Numbered from the stretch's first letter, positions 1-10,604 are shown. The stretch is 64,000 nucleotides of DNA from Chryseolinea sp. (GCA_046595655.1 JBKJOF010000181.1:39374-103373); one strand, 5' to 3'. Notes: generated by a model from the letters alone, not told the origin. Program-made: numbers and translations.

Positions 1-174
1 AAAACGGCCTTCAGCGTTATGCCCGCCTTTTAGTTGATCGGCTTTTTTAAGCTTTACTTTTTTTTGAGAAAATACAGAAGATGAAATCCCCATCATCAGC
101 GCCAGCGCAATCCAAATCCAAAGAGGAGTAGAGGTATTTATTCGTGTTCTTACTGTCGTGGAGTCTTTCTTCAT
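1..174 (-). CDS. Exported protein, N-terminal part only (runs off window start); possibly OstA/LptA-like
   Basis: Hand translation from ATG at 174: MKKDSTTVRTRINTSTPLWIWIALALMMGISSSVFSQKKVKLKKADQLKGG..., with a signal peptide and open to base 1. The OstA-like guess rests on the usual Bacteroidota position next to tilS. Confidence 0.5.
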   Translation of the reverse strand, partial: MKKDSTTVRTRINTSTPLWIWIALALMMGISSSVFSQKKVKLKKADQLKGGHNAEGRF

Positions 175-319
175 TCGTGTTGCAAGCTAATAAATGTGTT
201 TTAGTATCTAAGTGTGTGGGTGTTTTGGTAATCGTAATCTAATTGACAAGTGCATAAGAAGTTATGTATCGCTTAAATACTAAAACACCTAAACACTAAA
301 ACACCTAATCCACAATTCG

Positions 320-327
320 TACTTTTG
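320..327 (+). promoter_or_regulatory. Bacteroidota primary-sigma -7 box (TAnnTTTG) for tilS
   Basis: TACTTTTG matches the consensus and ends 4 nt before the GTG at 331. Confidence 0.5.
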
Positions 328-330
328 GTC

Positions 331-1656
331 GTGCTTGAGCAATTTCTGAACCATATTAATCGCCACAAACTTTGCACACAGTCTGACAACATTCTTTTGG
401 CTGTCAGCGGTGGTGTTGATTCGATGGTTATGCTGAACCTGTTTATTGAAGCTGGGTTTGAAGTTGGTGTTGCACATTGCAATTTTCAACTAAGAGGAAA
501 AGAATCAGACGGTGATGAGGATTTTGTTTTTCATGCGTGCCATCAGTTGAAAGTTCCTGTTATGGTGGAACGTTTTGATACTGAAGCCTATGCTTGGGAA
601 AACAAGCTGTCCACCCAGATGGCTGCCCGAGCGTTGAGGTATACTTGGTTTGATTATTTATTGGAAGAGAATCAGTATAATTTTTTGGCGACTGGCCATC
701 ATTTTGATGACACCATCGAAACCATTTTATTAAACTGGACGAAAGGTTCATCACTTGAAGGGCTCGCAGGTATCCCTGTTAGAAATAAAAAGGTAATCAG
801 ACCATTATTGTTTGCCGATCGAGCGCAAGTGGAAAAGTATGCCTCTCAAAAAGGAATACAGTGGCGCGAAGATCAAAGCAATCTTACAGACGATTATCAA
901 CGAAATTTCATCCGGCATCAGATTGTTCCTAAGTTAAAAGAACTCAATCCTTCATTGAACAATACGCTTCATGATGGATTGGAAAAGATACAAGGCGATC
1001 TTGAATTGATTCACTTTCAAACTGAGCAGTGGAGAAATCAATTTCTATCTTCGGAAGGTGAGAAAGTAACAATTGCTAAGAAAGGATTTGATTCTTTTCA
1101 TCAGGGCGCCCATCTCTTGTGGCGTTGCATTCGGGTATACGGTTTTAATTTTGAGCAAACCCGTGAGGTTATTCAAGGTCTGCATGGTCAGTCTGGGAAG
1201 CAGTTCCTTACTGCTTCTCATAAACTGATAATTGATCGAGACAAGATTATCATTACACCACATTTAGATTTATGGAATGATTGCATCATCAACGCTGGAC
1301 AAAATCTGGCTTCTCTTGGTTCGTGGGAGATGCACATTAAGACTGTTGTTGATTTGAGTAAATCGAATGATTCCTTTGCAGCGAACCTGGATGCAGATAA
1401 AATTACCTTTCCACTAACATGGAGAAAGTGGAAAGCTGGCGATGTTTTTTACCCCTTGGGAATGGAACATCGGAAGAAGGTAAGTGATTTTCTGATCGAT
1501 AATAAGGTTAGTATTTCAGACAAGGACGTAGTTACGGTTTTAGAAAGTAATGGTGAGATTATTTGGATTGCAGGCTACCGAATTGATAACCGGGTTAAAA
1601 TTACATCAGCAACTAGCTCAGCCATCTTATTCTCGCTTCGGCCATATTTTACATGA
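331..1656 (+). CDS. tilS: tRNA(Ile)-lysidine synthetase
   Basis: PP-loop LLAVSGGVDS, ARALRY, ATGHHFDD, IRPLL, RNFIRH and a C-terminal TilS_C-like domain. GTG at 331 preferred over the ORF-track TTG at 325. Confidence 0.95.
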   Translation: MLEQFLNHINRHKLCTQSDNILLAVSGGVDSMVMLNLFIEAGFEVGVAHCNFQLRGKESDGDEDFVFHACHQLKVPVMVERFDTEAYAWENKLSTQMAARALRYTWFDYLLEENQYNFLATGHHFDDTIETILLNWTKGSSLEGLAGIPVRNKKVIRPLLFADRAQVEKYASQKGIQWREDQSNLTDDYQRNFIRHQIVPKLKELNPSLNNTLHDGLEKIQGDLELIHFQTEQWRNQFLSSEGEKVTIAKKGFDSFHQGAHLLWRCIRVYGFNFEQTREVIQGLHGQSGKQFLTASHKLIIDRDKIIITPHLDLWNDCIINAGQNLASLGSWEMHIKTVVDLSKSNDSFAANLDADKITFPLTWRKWKAGDVFYPLGMEHRKKVSDFLIDNKVSISDKDVVTVLESNGEIIWIAGYRIDNRVKITSATSSAILFSLRPYFT

Positions 1657-1742
1657 TATATTTTTTCTTTGGTTAATCCATTAATAACTTTCCGCCCCCG
1701 ATAAAGGCTTATTTAACTTATAAAACTTAACAGAACCTATTT

Positions 1743-2672
1743 ATGAAAGTAACTGTAGTTGGCGCTGGTAATGTTGGCGCAACCTGTGCCGATGTGTTGG
1801 CGTCTCGCGAAATCGCGAACGAAATTGTATTGGTTGATATCAAAGAAGGTCTTGCTGAAGGTAAGGCATTAGACATCTGGCAGAAATCGCCTATCAATTT
1901 GTATGATAGCCGCACGGTCGGTTCAACAAATGATTATTCGAAATCAGCCGGATCAGATGTTGTTGTTATTACTTCTGGTTTACCAAGAAAGCCAGGCATG
2001 AGTCGCGATGATCTTATTAATACCAATGCCGGCATCGTAAAATCAGTTACTGAAAATGTGGTAAAGCATTCTCCTGACGCTATCATCATTGTGGTTTCCA
2101 ATCCTTTGGACGTAATGACTTACCAAGCCCACATTACTTCTAAATTACCACGCACCAAGTTGATGGGGATGGCCGGTATTTTGGATACTGCTCGCTATCG
2201 AGCATTCTTGGCTGAGGCATTAAACGTTTCGCCAAAAGATATTCAAGCTGTACTGTTAGGTGGCCACGGTGATACCATGGTTCCGCTTCCTAGATATACT
2301 ACCGTTGCCGGTATTCCTGTAACCGAGTTGATTGACAAAGACAAGTTGAACGCCATCTTGGAAAGAACAAAAGTAGGTGGTGGAGAGTTGGTAAAACTGA
2401 TGGGAACATCAGCATGGTATGCTCCAGGTGCAGCAGCAGCACAAATGGTAGAAGCTATTGTGAAAGATCAACGTAGAATATTCCCAGTGTGTATGAAACT
2501 TGAAGGTGAGTATGGTGTTAAAGATTGCTACCTCGGTGTGCCAGTAGTGTTAGGAAAGAATGGTGTTGAACGCATCATCGAACTCGATCTTAACACCGAA
2601 GAAAAAGCATTGATGGAATCCAGTCGCAAAGCGGTTCGCGAAGTGATGGATGTATTGGATAAATTGGGATAA
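1743..2672 (+). CDS. mdh: Malate dehydrogenase (LDH-like type)
   Basis: VVGAGNVG Rossmann motif, GLPRKPGMSRDDL, VSNPLD, GILDTARY, GGHGD. Confidence 0.95.
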   Translation: MKVTVVGAGNVGATCADVLASREIANEIVLVDIKEGLAEGKALDIWQKSPINLYDSRTVGSTNDYSKSAGSDVVVITSGLPRKPGMSRDDLINTNAGIVKSVTENVVKHSPDAIIIVVSNPLDVMTYQAHITSKLPRTKLMGMAGILDTARYRAFLAEALNVSPKDIQAVLLGGHGDTMVPLPRYTTVAGIPVTELIDKDKLNAILERTKVGGGELVKLMGTSAWYAPGAAAAQMVEAIVKDQRRIFPVCMKLEGEYGVKDCYLGVPVVLGKNGVERIIELDLNTEEKALMESSRKAVREVMDVLDKLG

Positions 2673-2727
2673 CACCAACCAGATTTTAGTATCACGATTT
2701 CAGATATTAGATAATAGGAAATAAAAG

Positions 2728-2756
2728 AAAGTGCCGGGGTTGTGCCTGGCATTTTC
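2728..2756 (+). terminator. Probable intrinsic terminator after mdh
   Basis: Hairpin aaagtgccggg-gttgtg-cctggcattt followed by a T-rich tract. Confidence 0.4.
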
Positions 2757-2814
2757 CGTTTTATACCTATTCTGAAATTGCGAGTATGCACTTTCAAAAT
2801 CACTACCTTTCGCC

Positions 2815-3288
2815 ATGCAAAAGAATAAAGACCTGATCGTTCAATTTTATACAGCCTTTCAAAAAGGCGATTTTGCAACCATGCAAAATTCGTATGATGA
2901 CGAAGCTCATTTCAATGATCCTGCATTCCAAAATCTAAACGCGTCAGAGGTAAGGGCGATGTGGCAAATGCTGGTTACAGCTGCCAAAGACTTGAGCATC
3001 ACATTTAGTGATGTTGTAGCCGATGAAATAAAAGGTTCTTGCAAATGGGAAGCTCATTATACTTTTTCAAAAACCGGTAGAAAGGTTCATAATATCATTG
3101 AAGCCAACTTCGAGTTTAAAGACGGAAAAATCGTAAAACACAACGATCATTTTAATTTTTGGCGATGGTCGCGACAAGCATTAGGCACTTCTGGACTTTT
3201 ACTCGGTTGGAGTAATAAGCTTCGGGAGAAAGTACAAATAACTGCACGTAAGGGGCTCGAAGTATTCATGAAGAGGTATTCAAAATAA
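2815..3288 (+). CDS. SnoaL/NTF2-like family protein
   Basis: FYTAFQKGD..Y...A.F.DP, CKWEAHYTF..TGRKVHN, GKI..H.D.F pattern. Confidence 0.85.
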   Translation: MQKNKDLIVQFYTAFQKGDFATMQNSYDDEAHFNDPAFQNLNASEVRAMWQMLVTAAKDLSITFSDVVADEIKGSCKWEAHYTFSKTGRKVHNIIEANFEFKDGKIVKHNDHFNFWRWSRQALGTSGLLLGWSNKLREKVQITARKGLEVFMKRYSK

Positions 3289-3345
3289 GTCAATTTAAAG
3301 TTCTTCGGTTCTATTCGAACACCCATCACCCAACAACGACCCACA

Positions 3346-3918
3346 TTGGATTTACCTGAAAAAATAAACGCCATTGAAGAGGTATTCACCAATCTGGATG
3401 AAGCCATCTCTTCGTTTCAAACTTCATCAGGCTTGCATTGTAAGTGGGGATGTGGCAAGTGTTGTTTCAAGGCCGACATAGAAGCTACTATTCTAGAATT
3501 TCTCCCTTTTGCAAATTACCTCTACCAAAACGACATTGCGTTTGAGTGGCTTGATAAATTGAAGCAAAGTGATTCTTCTATTTGCTTGATTCTAAATCCC
3601 ACAAAAGAAGGTGCCGGTCTTTGTTCAACTTATAAATACCGTGGACTCATCTGTCGATTGTTTGGATACTCTGCACGCACCAATAAATATGGCAAAGCAG
3701 AATTAGTTACCTGCCAGATTATAAAAACAGAACAAACAGAGCAAGTCACCAAGGTGGATCAATTTTTGGACGAGGGTGGAAGTATGCCGATCATGAATCA
3801 CTACTATATGCAACTGCACGGTATTGATTTTGAGTTGACAAGAGAATTTTTCCCGATCAATGAAGCCATCAAACGAGCAATTGAAGTTATATTGCATTAC
3901 CATGCGTACCGCGATTAG
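3346..3918 (+). CDS. YkgJ-family Cys-cluster (Zn/Fe-binding) protein
   Basis: CKWGCGKCC ... CLIL ... CSTYKYRGLICRLFG; TTG start. Confidence 0.8.
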   Translation: MDLPEKINAIEEVFTNLDEAISSFQTSSGLHCKWGCGKCCFKADIEATILEFLPFANYLYQNDIAFEWLDKLKQSDSSICLILNPTKEGAGLCSTYKYRGLICRLFGYSARTNKYGKAELVTCQIIKTEQTEQVTKVDQFLDEGGSMPIMNHYYMQLHGIDFELTREFFPINEAIKRAIEVILHYHAYRD

Positions 3919-4459
3919 TTTTTGTTTTTTATTAACACTAAGCACCGCCACTTCATCTATGGCGCAAAGCGTAGATTCTGTTTTTCACAATAAACCTTTC
4001 GAGCGTTATTGGACTAAACCACGTCTAGTGCCTAAGGCAGGAATAGGAATGCAGGATCGTGGGTTTGTGGAGGTGGGGCTTCAATGGCACAACATTTATA
4101 AACATCCGCTAAGTCTTATCTCAAAAGGCCCATATACTACAGTTGATGTTTTTATCGATAACAGCAATATTTTAGTCGGACCAAAGTTCGGTTATGAAGT
4201 TACAGTCGGAGTTATAGGAATCGCGCTCGATGCCACATACTTCATTGATTATAACTATGATGGCGAAAGCAACACACGAAATGCATGGGTAGCAACACCA
4301 AAAGCTGGATTGTCGATTCTTGGTTTTGCTAATTTGTTTTACGGATATAGCATTCCACTTTCTGAGCAAGAGATTACCTCTATTTCGAGAAACAGGTTAT
4401 CGCTCGTCTTCAATCTCAATCGCGACTACTTGAATCTGAAAGAGGCTAGGAGGAAATAG
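3902..4459 (+). CDS. Hypothetical exported protein, beta-strand-rich (possible small outer-membrane barrel)
   Basis: A signal peptide follows ATG 3902 (MRTAISFCFLLTLSTATSSMAQ); amphipathic beta-strand pattern. Confidence 0.6.
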   Translation: MRTAISFCFLLTLSTATSSMAQSVDSVFHNKPFERYWTKPRLVPKAGIGMQDRGFVEVGLQWHNIYKHPLSLISKGPYTTVDVFIDNSNILVGPKFGYEVTVGVIGIALDATYFIDYNYDGESNTRNAWVATPKAGLSILGFANLFYGYSIPLSEQEITSISRNRLSLVFNLNRDYLNLKEARRK

Positions 4460-5120
4460 TGCTAGCGAATAGTAAGGGTACAATTTGAGAGGTGACCTTA
4501 TTAGTAAAACCAATAATCGAACTCGTTTCAATTTTGGTTTTTACAGAAGGATAAAAAAACTCACCACTAACCTCATTGGTTGAAAACTGTAAAACCTCTA
4601 AACTTCCGATTCTGATTAACACCAAAAATGCAGCTAAAAGTATTTCCTCCAAGGCAAAAACTGCAGCCTTTCATCAAGTGCTTTTATTTGAGTGAGAGCC
4701 AATACAACGAATTCGTGGAGGATGTTTTCTATCCGGATGGATGCGTCCTTGCGCGTACCGAAATGTGCTGATAGACCTGAACCTAATATGGTGTAATTCT
4801 TCAGAATTAACTTGGTATTTATAATTTGGAGATTGTTGTTGTTCTGTTCTATGGATTTAAAAAATTGAATCTCGATTTGTACAAACAGATGCCCAATTCT
4901 TTTTTTATTGACTGATAGTAAGTAGAATATTAACCTTAACTTTCCATGCCGCTTTCTGAATTATCTGTCTCAAATAATTCCTTTGGTCTGTATTAAGATC
5001 ATAGCCATAAGAGTCACTATTTAAAGACAATTCAATCGAATTACACCTTGATCGATCTGCTATTAATCTTTTGGTATTTATTATTCCTGAGTTGTTAGTC
5101 CAGACACAAAAAATTGTATG

Positions 5121-6203
5121 CTATGTATATACCTTGTCCTTCCATTTTTGCAACAGAGGGTTCATCCGAGCAAACCAAAGGGAAGGAATTAATGCCATTA
5201 AAATCATTGTGGGATAACCGAACGGCAATTGAGGACTGTCATCATAGTGATTTAGAACCTGGTATCGTTTAATCGCGTTCGCATGATGATCAGAGTGTCG
5301 TTGCAGTTGAAATAAAAAGAAATTGCTGATCATGTGGCTGGCATTCTACGAGTGAAGCGGGTTTACCCTTTCATACTTTCCCGAGGAATCTTGTCTGCGC
5401 ACAATCCCATAATGTTCGATATAGTTGACCAACTCCAAAAGTGAAAACGCCAGTATACTTTGTGAAAAAAAGAAAATGGGAACTTCCCAAATCACCCTGC
5501 CGGTTGGGTTGCTGATCACTAAGGTAAGCACCACGCAAAAAACGACTGGCAATAACGCAAACCAAAACATTTCATTTCTGATATTTAAAGCACCCAATCC
5601 CTTCCGCTTCAGACTTTCTTTCTCAAGTTGCCAGGCATGGCCATATCCATGAAACACCGAACGAAACCAAAATGCATAAAAATTTTCACCCGCTCTAGCG
5701 GTAGCCGAGTCAGCGGGAGTAGCAACCTGAACATGATGTCCTCTATTGTGCTCAATAAAAAAGTGCATATAACAAACCGTCATCAATATTAGCTTGCTGT
5801 AAAACTGTTCTGTTTTTGATTTTTTATGTCCTAGTTCGTGTGCAACGGTAATCCCAATTCCTCCCGATACCAGACTAAACCCGATCACGAAGCCAATCCA
5901 TTCAAACCAATGGGTGAGTTTGTTTATTGAAACGGCATAGGCACCCCAGATGACAAACGCTAGTTGCACAAAGGTCCAGACATAGGTAATGAATTTATAA
6001 AAAAATTCTTCACTAACGATGGCAGAATGTTCATCCGAAATATTTTCGTTATCCACACCGATAAGGTGGTCAATCGTGGTAACAATAAAAAACACGAAAA
6101 CAACGGATAGAAAATTCCAGTATCCACCCAAATAAAAACCTGTTACCACTAACGCAGGTAAAATGAAGGCGGTAAAAAAACCGATTTTCTTGAACGATCG
6201 CAT
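5121..6203 (-). pseudogene. alkB: Alkane 1-monooxygenase (AlkB) interrupted by one in-frame TAG at 5346-5348
   Basis: His boxes HELGH, EHNRGHH, NYIEHYG and LQRHSDHHA. The two ORF-track pieces are in one frame: ...PLHS-TAG-NASHMISNF... Confidence 0.9.
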
Positions 6204-6541
6204 AATGTTAAAGTTATTAAAAAATGAGTTCATCTTGATGAAAATAGTTTAGAGCCAAGAGTTAGTTCCTTGGGGAGGGTGGTTATCTGCATTCTCACTA
6301 AATCAAAATGAAAGTCGAAAATTCCAATGGAGCTTGATTGCGAAAAACGGTCTGTGGAAATTCTTGCACCTTTATACAAGTTTTTCATTTACACCTCTGA
6401 TCCTAGTCTTCTGTTTTATTTATAATCTATAACATGGCTTATGTGGCTTATGTCTTGCGCAATGGTCATGTGTGTGGAGAGACGCAGCACTTATCATATT
6501 GAAGGGCAGACTTCTTATTTTCTTATCAAATAATTAAATCA

Positions 6542-6940
6542 CTATTTTTTCTTCTTCGCAGTTTTTAATACTGTTTTTCTTGCTGTCTCTTTCACTGTCT
6601 GCTTCACCTTTTTCGATGCCTTCGCTTTGTTGTTGAACTCAAGGCACAGATTTACCCAAAAGTCGAAGTCCTTTTTTGATTTAATATTATCCTGATTTAT
6701 GTATCCAAAACCTTTGCATTCGCGACCCTTCATTATCATGGTTCGAAAACCATTCATCTCCGATATTTCTTCGTGCCGTGCGGGGTCGAAGCGGCACATC
6801 AATTCATCACCGCTTATGCTCGCGCACATTTTATGATTTACCATAAACGTAACACCACGGAACATTTTCTTTTCTTCAACCAAGGGAAGATCTGCCAGAG
6901 CCTCACGAAGTCGGTCGGCTAATTTTTCGTTATACGCCAT
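6542..6940 (-). CDS. TfoX N-terminal-domain protein with Lys-rich tail
   Basis: MAYNEKLADRLR...EKKMFRGVTFMVNHKMC; tail KKVKQTVKETARKTVLKTAKKKK. Confidence 0.85.
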   Translation of the reverse strand: MAYNEKLADRLREALADLPLVEEKKMFRGVTFMVNHKMCASISGDELMCRFDPARHEEISEMNGFRTMIMKGRECKGFGYINQDNIKSKKDFDFWVNLCLEFNNKAKASKKVKQTVKETARKTVLKTAKKKK

Positions 6941-7099
6941 AGAGCTAAATTAATTCTTTTTGGAAGAAGACACACAAACGAAGATAAATTAGTGTTGAGC
7001 GAAAGTAGATGCTCAGTCTGGCTTCAGTGTAGCTGGCTTCTGGCGATAGATAAGCATTAGATGTTTATTCATTCCGCTATAGATATTTTTGCATGTGGC

Positions 7100-7400
7100 T
7101 ATAGATGTTGTGTATAGAGTGTTGCATCAATCAGTATGCTTCATCAGATAAACAAGGGAATACGCTTCTTAAAATCACAGTTTATGAAACAACATTCCAT
7201 GTTACGCGTCTGCTAAATACAATAGGTGTAAAAGAAATATGCTTCTGGTTTTCGGTAGCGTATGGTCACTACATTTAAACACCACATTTACATGGCCCAC
7301 AATGAATCCTGTCAGACAATAATTGAATATTCAAGTATTAATTTTTCAGCCATTTCGGGATACATCATCGCAAGCCGGGTGCTGGAACTTTCTAGGTTTA
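7100..7400 (-). pseudogene. Possible heavily decayed alpha/beta-hydrolase remnant
   Basis: Reverse strand reads STRLAMMYPEMAEKLILEYSII*, resembling the post-nucleophile A..YP..V.KLIL segment. Stops occur in all frames; boundaries approximate. Confidence 0.3.
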
Positions 7401-7464
7401 TTTTTTCACATTAAACTTTCGTCCAGTATTCAGGTCTAACGGAAGATTTTAAAACGCAGAAGGT

Positions 7465-9324
7465 ATGATCAAGAATACAATTATGGTTTTTGTATTGGCA
7501 ATAGCGATGGTATTCGTTTCTGCTTTTACACTTGTGCCCTCAGAAAATAAACCGAATTTTCAATTTCCTTACAAGCAATCCGGCCTCACAGATAGGCAGG
7601 CAGCCGCGCATTTATTGAGTCGCTTCACTTATGGCGTTACACCGGGCCAGGTAGATGAAGTGGTGGCGATGGGATTAGAGAACTGGTTTCAACAACAACT
7701 GGAAGCCAAACAAACTGACGATGTGCTGAATAAAAAATTGCGAGCGTACGATGCGTTGACGTTGAGCAATACGTTGATTGTAAATACCTATCAGAAAAAT
7801 GCACAGATATTACGCATGGCGCTAAAGCAAGGTGCTATTGAAAAGGAGTCCATCAACAAAGAAGATAAGAAAGAATACCGAGCGCAGTTGCTGGCCTATA
7901 TGGAGCAGAATGGAATCAAATCTGAAAAAGAATTGATCCGCCAGTTTATCAATCAAAAAGTATTGCGTGCTGCCTATTCACATAATCAATTGCAGGAAGT
8001 ACTCACCGATTTTTGGTTCAACCATTTTAATGTATCGTTTACAAAAAAGATTTGTGGCCAGTTAATTCCCAACTACGAGCGCGATGTGATACGACCCAAT
8101 GCATTGGGCAACTTTGAATCATTGCTTGTGGCAACAGCCAAATCTCCTGCCATGCTGCTATACCTCGATAACTTTAGTAGTGTGGGTATTATTGATAAAC
8201 CTGTAAGGAGTAACACAAAACAGAATGCGAATAAGAAAACAAAAGGTTTGAATGAAAACTATGCCAGGGAAGTGATGGAGCTGCACACCTTAGGTGTCGA
8301 TGGTGGCTATACACAGAACGATGTTACTGAAGCAGCTCGGGTACTTACCGGTTGGACAATTTATCCCATGGGCAATAACGAGTATGGAAATGGATTAAAG
8401 AAAATACTGGAGAAGACAGCAGAAAACAAATTGAAAGCCAAAGGCTTTGTGCATGAAGGTGATTTTTTATTTGCTGTCAACCGTCATGACAGCGGAAATA
8501 AAATCGTGTTAGGGAAGAAGTTCAAAGGCCAAGGGTATCAGGAAGGTGTGCAACTCTTGCATCTGTTGGCTACGCATGCGTCAACTTCGAAATTTATTTC
8601 AAAGAAAATAGCAATGCGATTTGTTAGTGATGCGCCTTCTACGGAAATGATTGAGTCGATGTCAACAACATTTGAAAAGAATAACGGAGATATTAAACAG
8701 GTATTGATCACGCTTGTTTCGTCTCCGGAGTTTTGGAGCGATGCTGCGGTTCGCAATAAAACGAAGTCGCCTTTTGAACTAGCCATCAGTGCCGTCCGCG
8801 CTCTGAATGCCGAGATCGAACAACCGTACCAGCTCTATAGTTGGATCACGCGTATGGGCGAAGAAAAATATTTCTATCAGGCACCTACTGGCTTTCCGGA
8901 TAAGGGACAGTATTGGATCAACACCGGTTCATTGTTGAATCGCATGAACTTTGGGTTGGCTCTGGCCAATGAGAGAGTACCCGGTGTGAGGTTTGATTTG
9001 CTGGCACTCAATAAAAATCATGAACCGGAAAGTGCAGAGAATGCATTGCTCGTGTACAGTCAGTTGATGATGCCTGAAAGAAATACAGACGCGACAATCC
9101 AACGGCTTACGCCTTTATTGAATGACCCTGAGCTGCAGAAGAAAATTGATCAGGCGACTTTGGAAAGTGCGATGGATACTAAACCAATGACTCAAGATTC
9201 ATTGATGGATGAAGTCGAAGAAGCAAGGAACACGAGAGACATGAATAAGAAAATGAAGGATACCTATCAACTCTCGCAAGTCGTGGGTATTCTGATTGGG
9301 TCACCCGAATTTCAAAGGAGATAA
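7465..9324 (+). CDS. DUF1800-family exported protein
   Basis: AAHLLSRFTYG, FWFNHFNVS, MLLYLDN, NENYAREVMELHTLGV, AARVLTGW, KSPFE. Confidence 0.9.
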   Translation: MIKNTIMVFVLAIAMVFVSAFTLVPSENKPNFQFPYKQSGLTDRQAAAHLLSRFTYGVTPGQVDEVVAMGLENWFQQQLEAKQTDDVLNKKLRAYDALTLSNTLIVNTYQKNAQILRMALKQGAIEKESINKEDKKEYRAQLLAYMEQNGIKSEKELIRQFINQKVLRAAYSHNQLQEVLTDFWFNHFNVSFTKKICGQLIPNYERDVIRPNALGNFESLLVATAKSPAMLLYLDNFSSVGIIDKPVRSNTKQNANKKTKGLNENYAREVMELHTLGVDGGYTQNDVTEAARVLTGWTIYPMGNNEYGNGLKKILEKTAENKLKAKGFVHEGDFLFAVNRHDSGNKIVLGKKFKGQGYQEGVQLLHLLATHASTSKFISKKIAMRFVSDAPSTEMIESMSTTFEKNNGDIKQVLITLVSSPEFWSDAAVRNKTKSPFELAISAVRALNAEIEQPYQLYSWITRMGEEKYFYQAPTGFPDKGQYWINTGSLLNRMNFGLALANERVPGVRFDLLALNKNHEPESAENALLVYSQLMMPERNTDATIQRLTPLLNDPELQKKIDQATLESAMDTKPMTQDSLMDEVEEARNTRDMNKKMKDTYQLSQVVGILIGSPEFQRR

Positions 9325-9347
9325 AATAACGTAACAAATCAAATTGT

Positions 9348-10604
9348 ATGACAACACGAAGAGGATTTTTAAAGGCGGGAGGATTGGCGTTGTTTGGTAT
9401 TGGTGCAGGCATACCTTCTTTTATAGCAAGAGCTGCCGACAGTTCTAAGTTCATGGCTCCTTATAAAAAGAATAAAATACTCGTTTGTATTTTTCAACGC
9501 GGTGCAATGGATGGGTTGATGGCGGTTACTCCTTTCACCGATGATTATCTAAAAGCCGCGCGGCCGGATTTATTCATGACTGCTGCCAAAGGGAATGGAA
9601 CTTCTTTGATTGATCTGGATGGCCGGTTCGGCTTGCATCCTTCCATGAGTGTATTCGAGCCGTTGTTTCGTGAAAAGCATTTGGCCATTGTGCACGGCAT
9701 GGGTTCGCCCAATACAACCCGATCTCATTTTGATGCACAGGATTATATGGAGTCAGGAACACCTTTTAATAAAGGAACTGCCAGCGGGTGGTTAAATCGT
9801 GCGAGTGGTTTGCTCGGTCATGAAGCCACACCGTTTCGCGCAGTGAGTCTTACTTCATCTATGCCGCGTTCTTTTTATGGTGATGAACCAGCCCTTGCCA
9901 TTCGCGATCTCAAAGACTTTGCTGTGCAGATGAAGGGAAATCCATCCGGTGCTTCCATGGCGGCTAAAAGTTTTGAAGAGTTGTATGATCAGACTTCTTC
10001 CAATCTGATGAAAGAAACAGGTAAGGAAAGTTTTGATGCAGTGAAGATGCTACAAAAGACAGACGTCACTAAATACGTTCCGTCAAACCAGGCTGAATAT
10101 CCTGCCAGTCCGTTGGGAAATGCATTAAAGCAAATTGCACAACTTATCAAGATGGAGGTAGGTCTTGAAGTAGCGTTTACAGAATCGGGTGGATGGGATA
10201 CACATTTTAATCAAGGAACAGGCAACGGTATTTTTGCACGCAACGTCAATGACCTAAGTAAAAGTATCACCGCTTTCTGGACTGACTTGTCCGCTCATCA
10301 GGATGACGTTACACTCATGACCATGACGGAATTTGGGCGTACCGTAAAACAAAATGGTACGCGAGGTACCGATCATGGCCGTGCCTCGTGCGCATTTATT
10401 TTAGGGAATGATGTAAATGGTGGTATCGTGCATGGCAACATCAAACCGTTGGCAGTAGAAAATCTTGAAGATGGACGGGACCTTGCCGTGACCACTGACT
10501 TCCGAAGTGTGTTCAGCGAAATTGCCGACACGCACCTCAAGATCAACAATGATCATATCCTCTTTCCGGATTGGAATGGCAAAGGCATTGGAGTGATGCG
10601 TTAG
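9348..10604 (+). CDS. DUF1501-family protein with Tat signal
   Basis: TRRGFLK Tat motif, FQRGAMDGL, RSHFDAQ, GGWDTH, MTEFGRT, GTDHG. Confidence 0.9.
   Translation: MTTRRGFLKAGGLALFGIGAGIPSFIARAADSSKFMAPYKKNKILVCIFQRGAMDGLMAVTPFTDDYLKAARPDLFMTAAKGNGTSLIDLDGRFGLHPSMSVFEPLFREKHLAIVHGMGSPNTTRSHFDAQDYMESGTPFNKGTASGWLNRASGLLGHEATPFRAVSLTSSMPRSFYGDEPALAIRDLKDFAVQMKGNPSGASMAAKSFEELYDQTSSNLMKETGKESFDAVKMLQKTDVTKYVPSNQAEYPASPLGNALKQIAQLIKMEVGLEVAFTESGGWDTHFNQGTGNGIFARNVNDLSKSITAFWTDLSAHQDDVTLMTMTEFGRTVKQNGTRGTDHGRASCAFILGNDVNGGIVHGNIKPLAVENLEDGRDLAVTTDFRSVFSEIADTHLKINNDHILFPDWNGKGIGVMR

Noticed and set aside
5346-5348. Genome-wide TAG reassignment or pyrrolysine use as the explanation for the alkB stop
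   Set aside because: TAG terminates several intact genes in this window (3916, 10602, 12801), no pyl genes are seen, and the position expects Trp.
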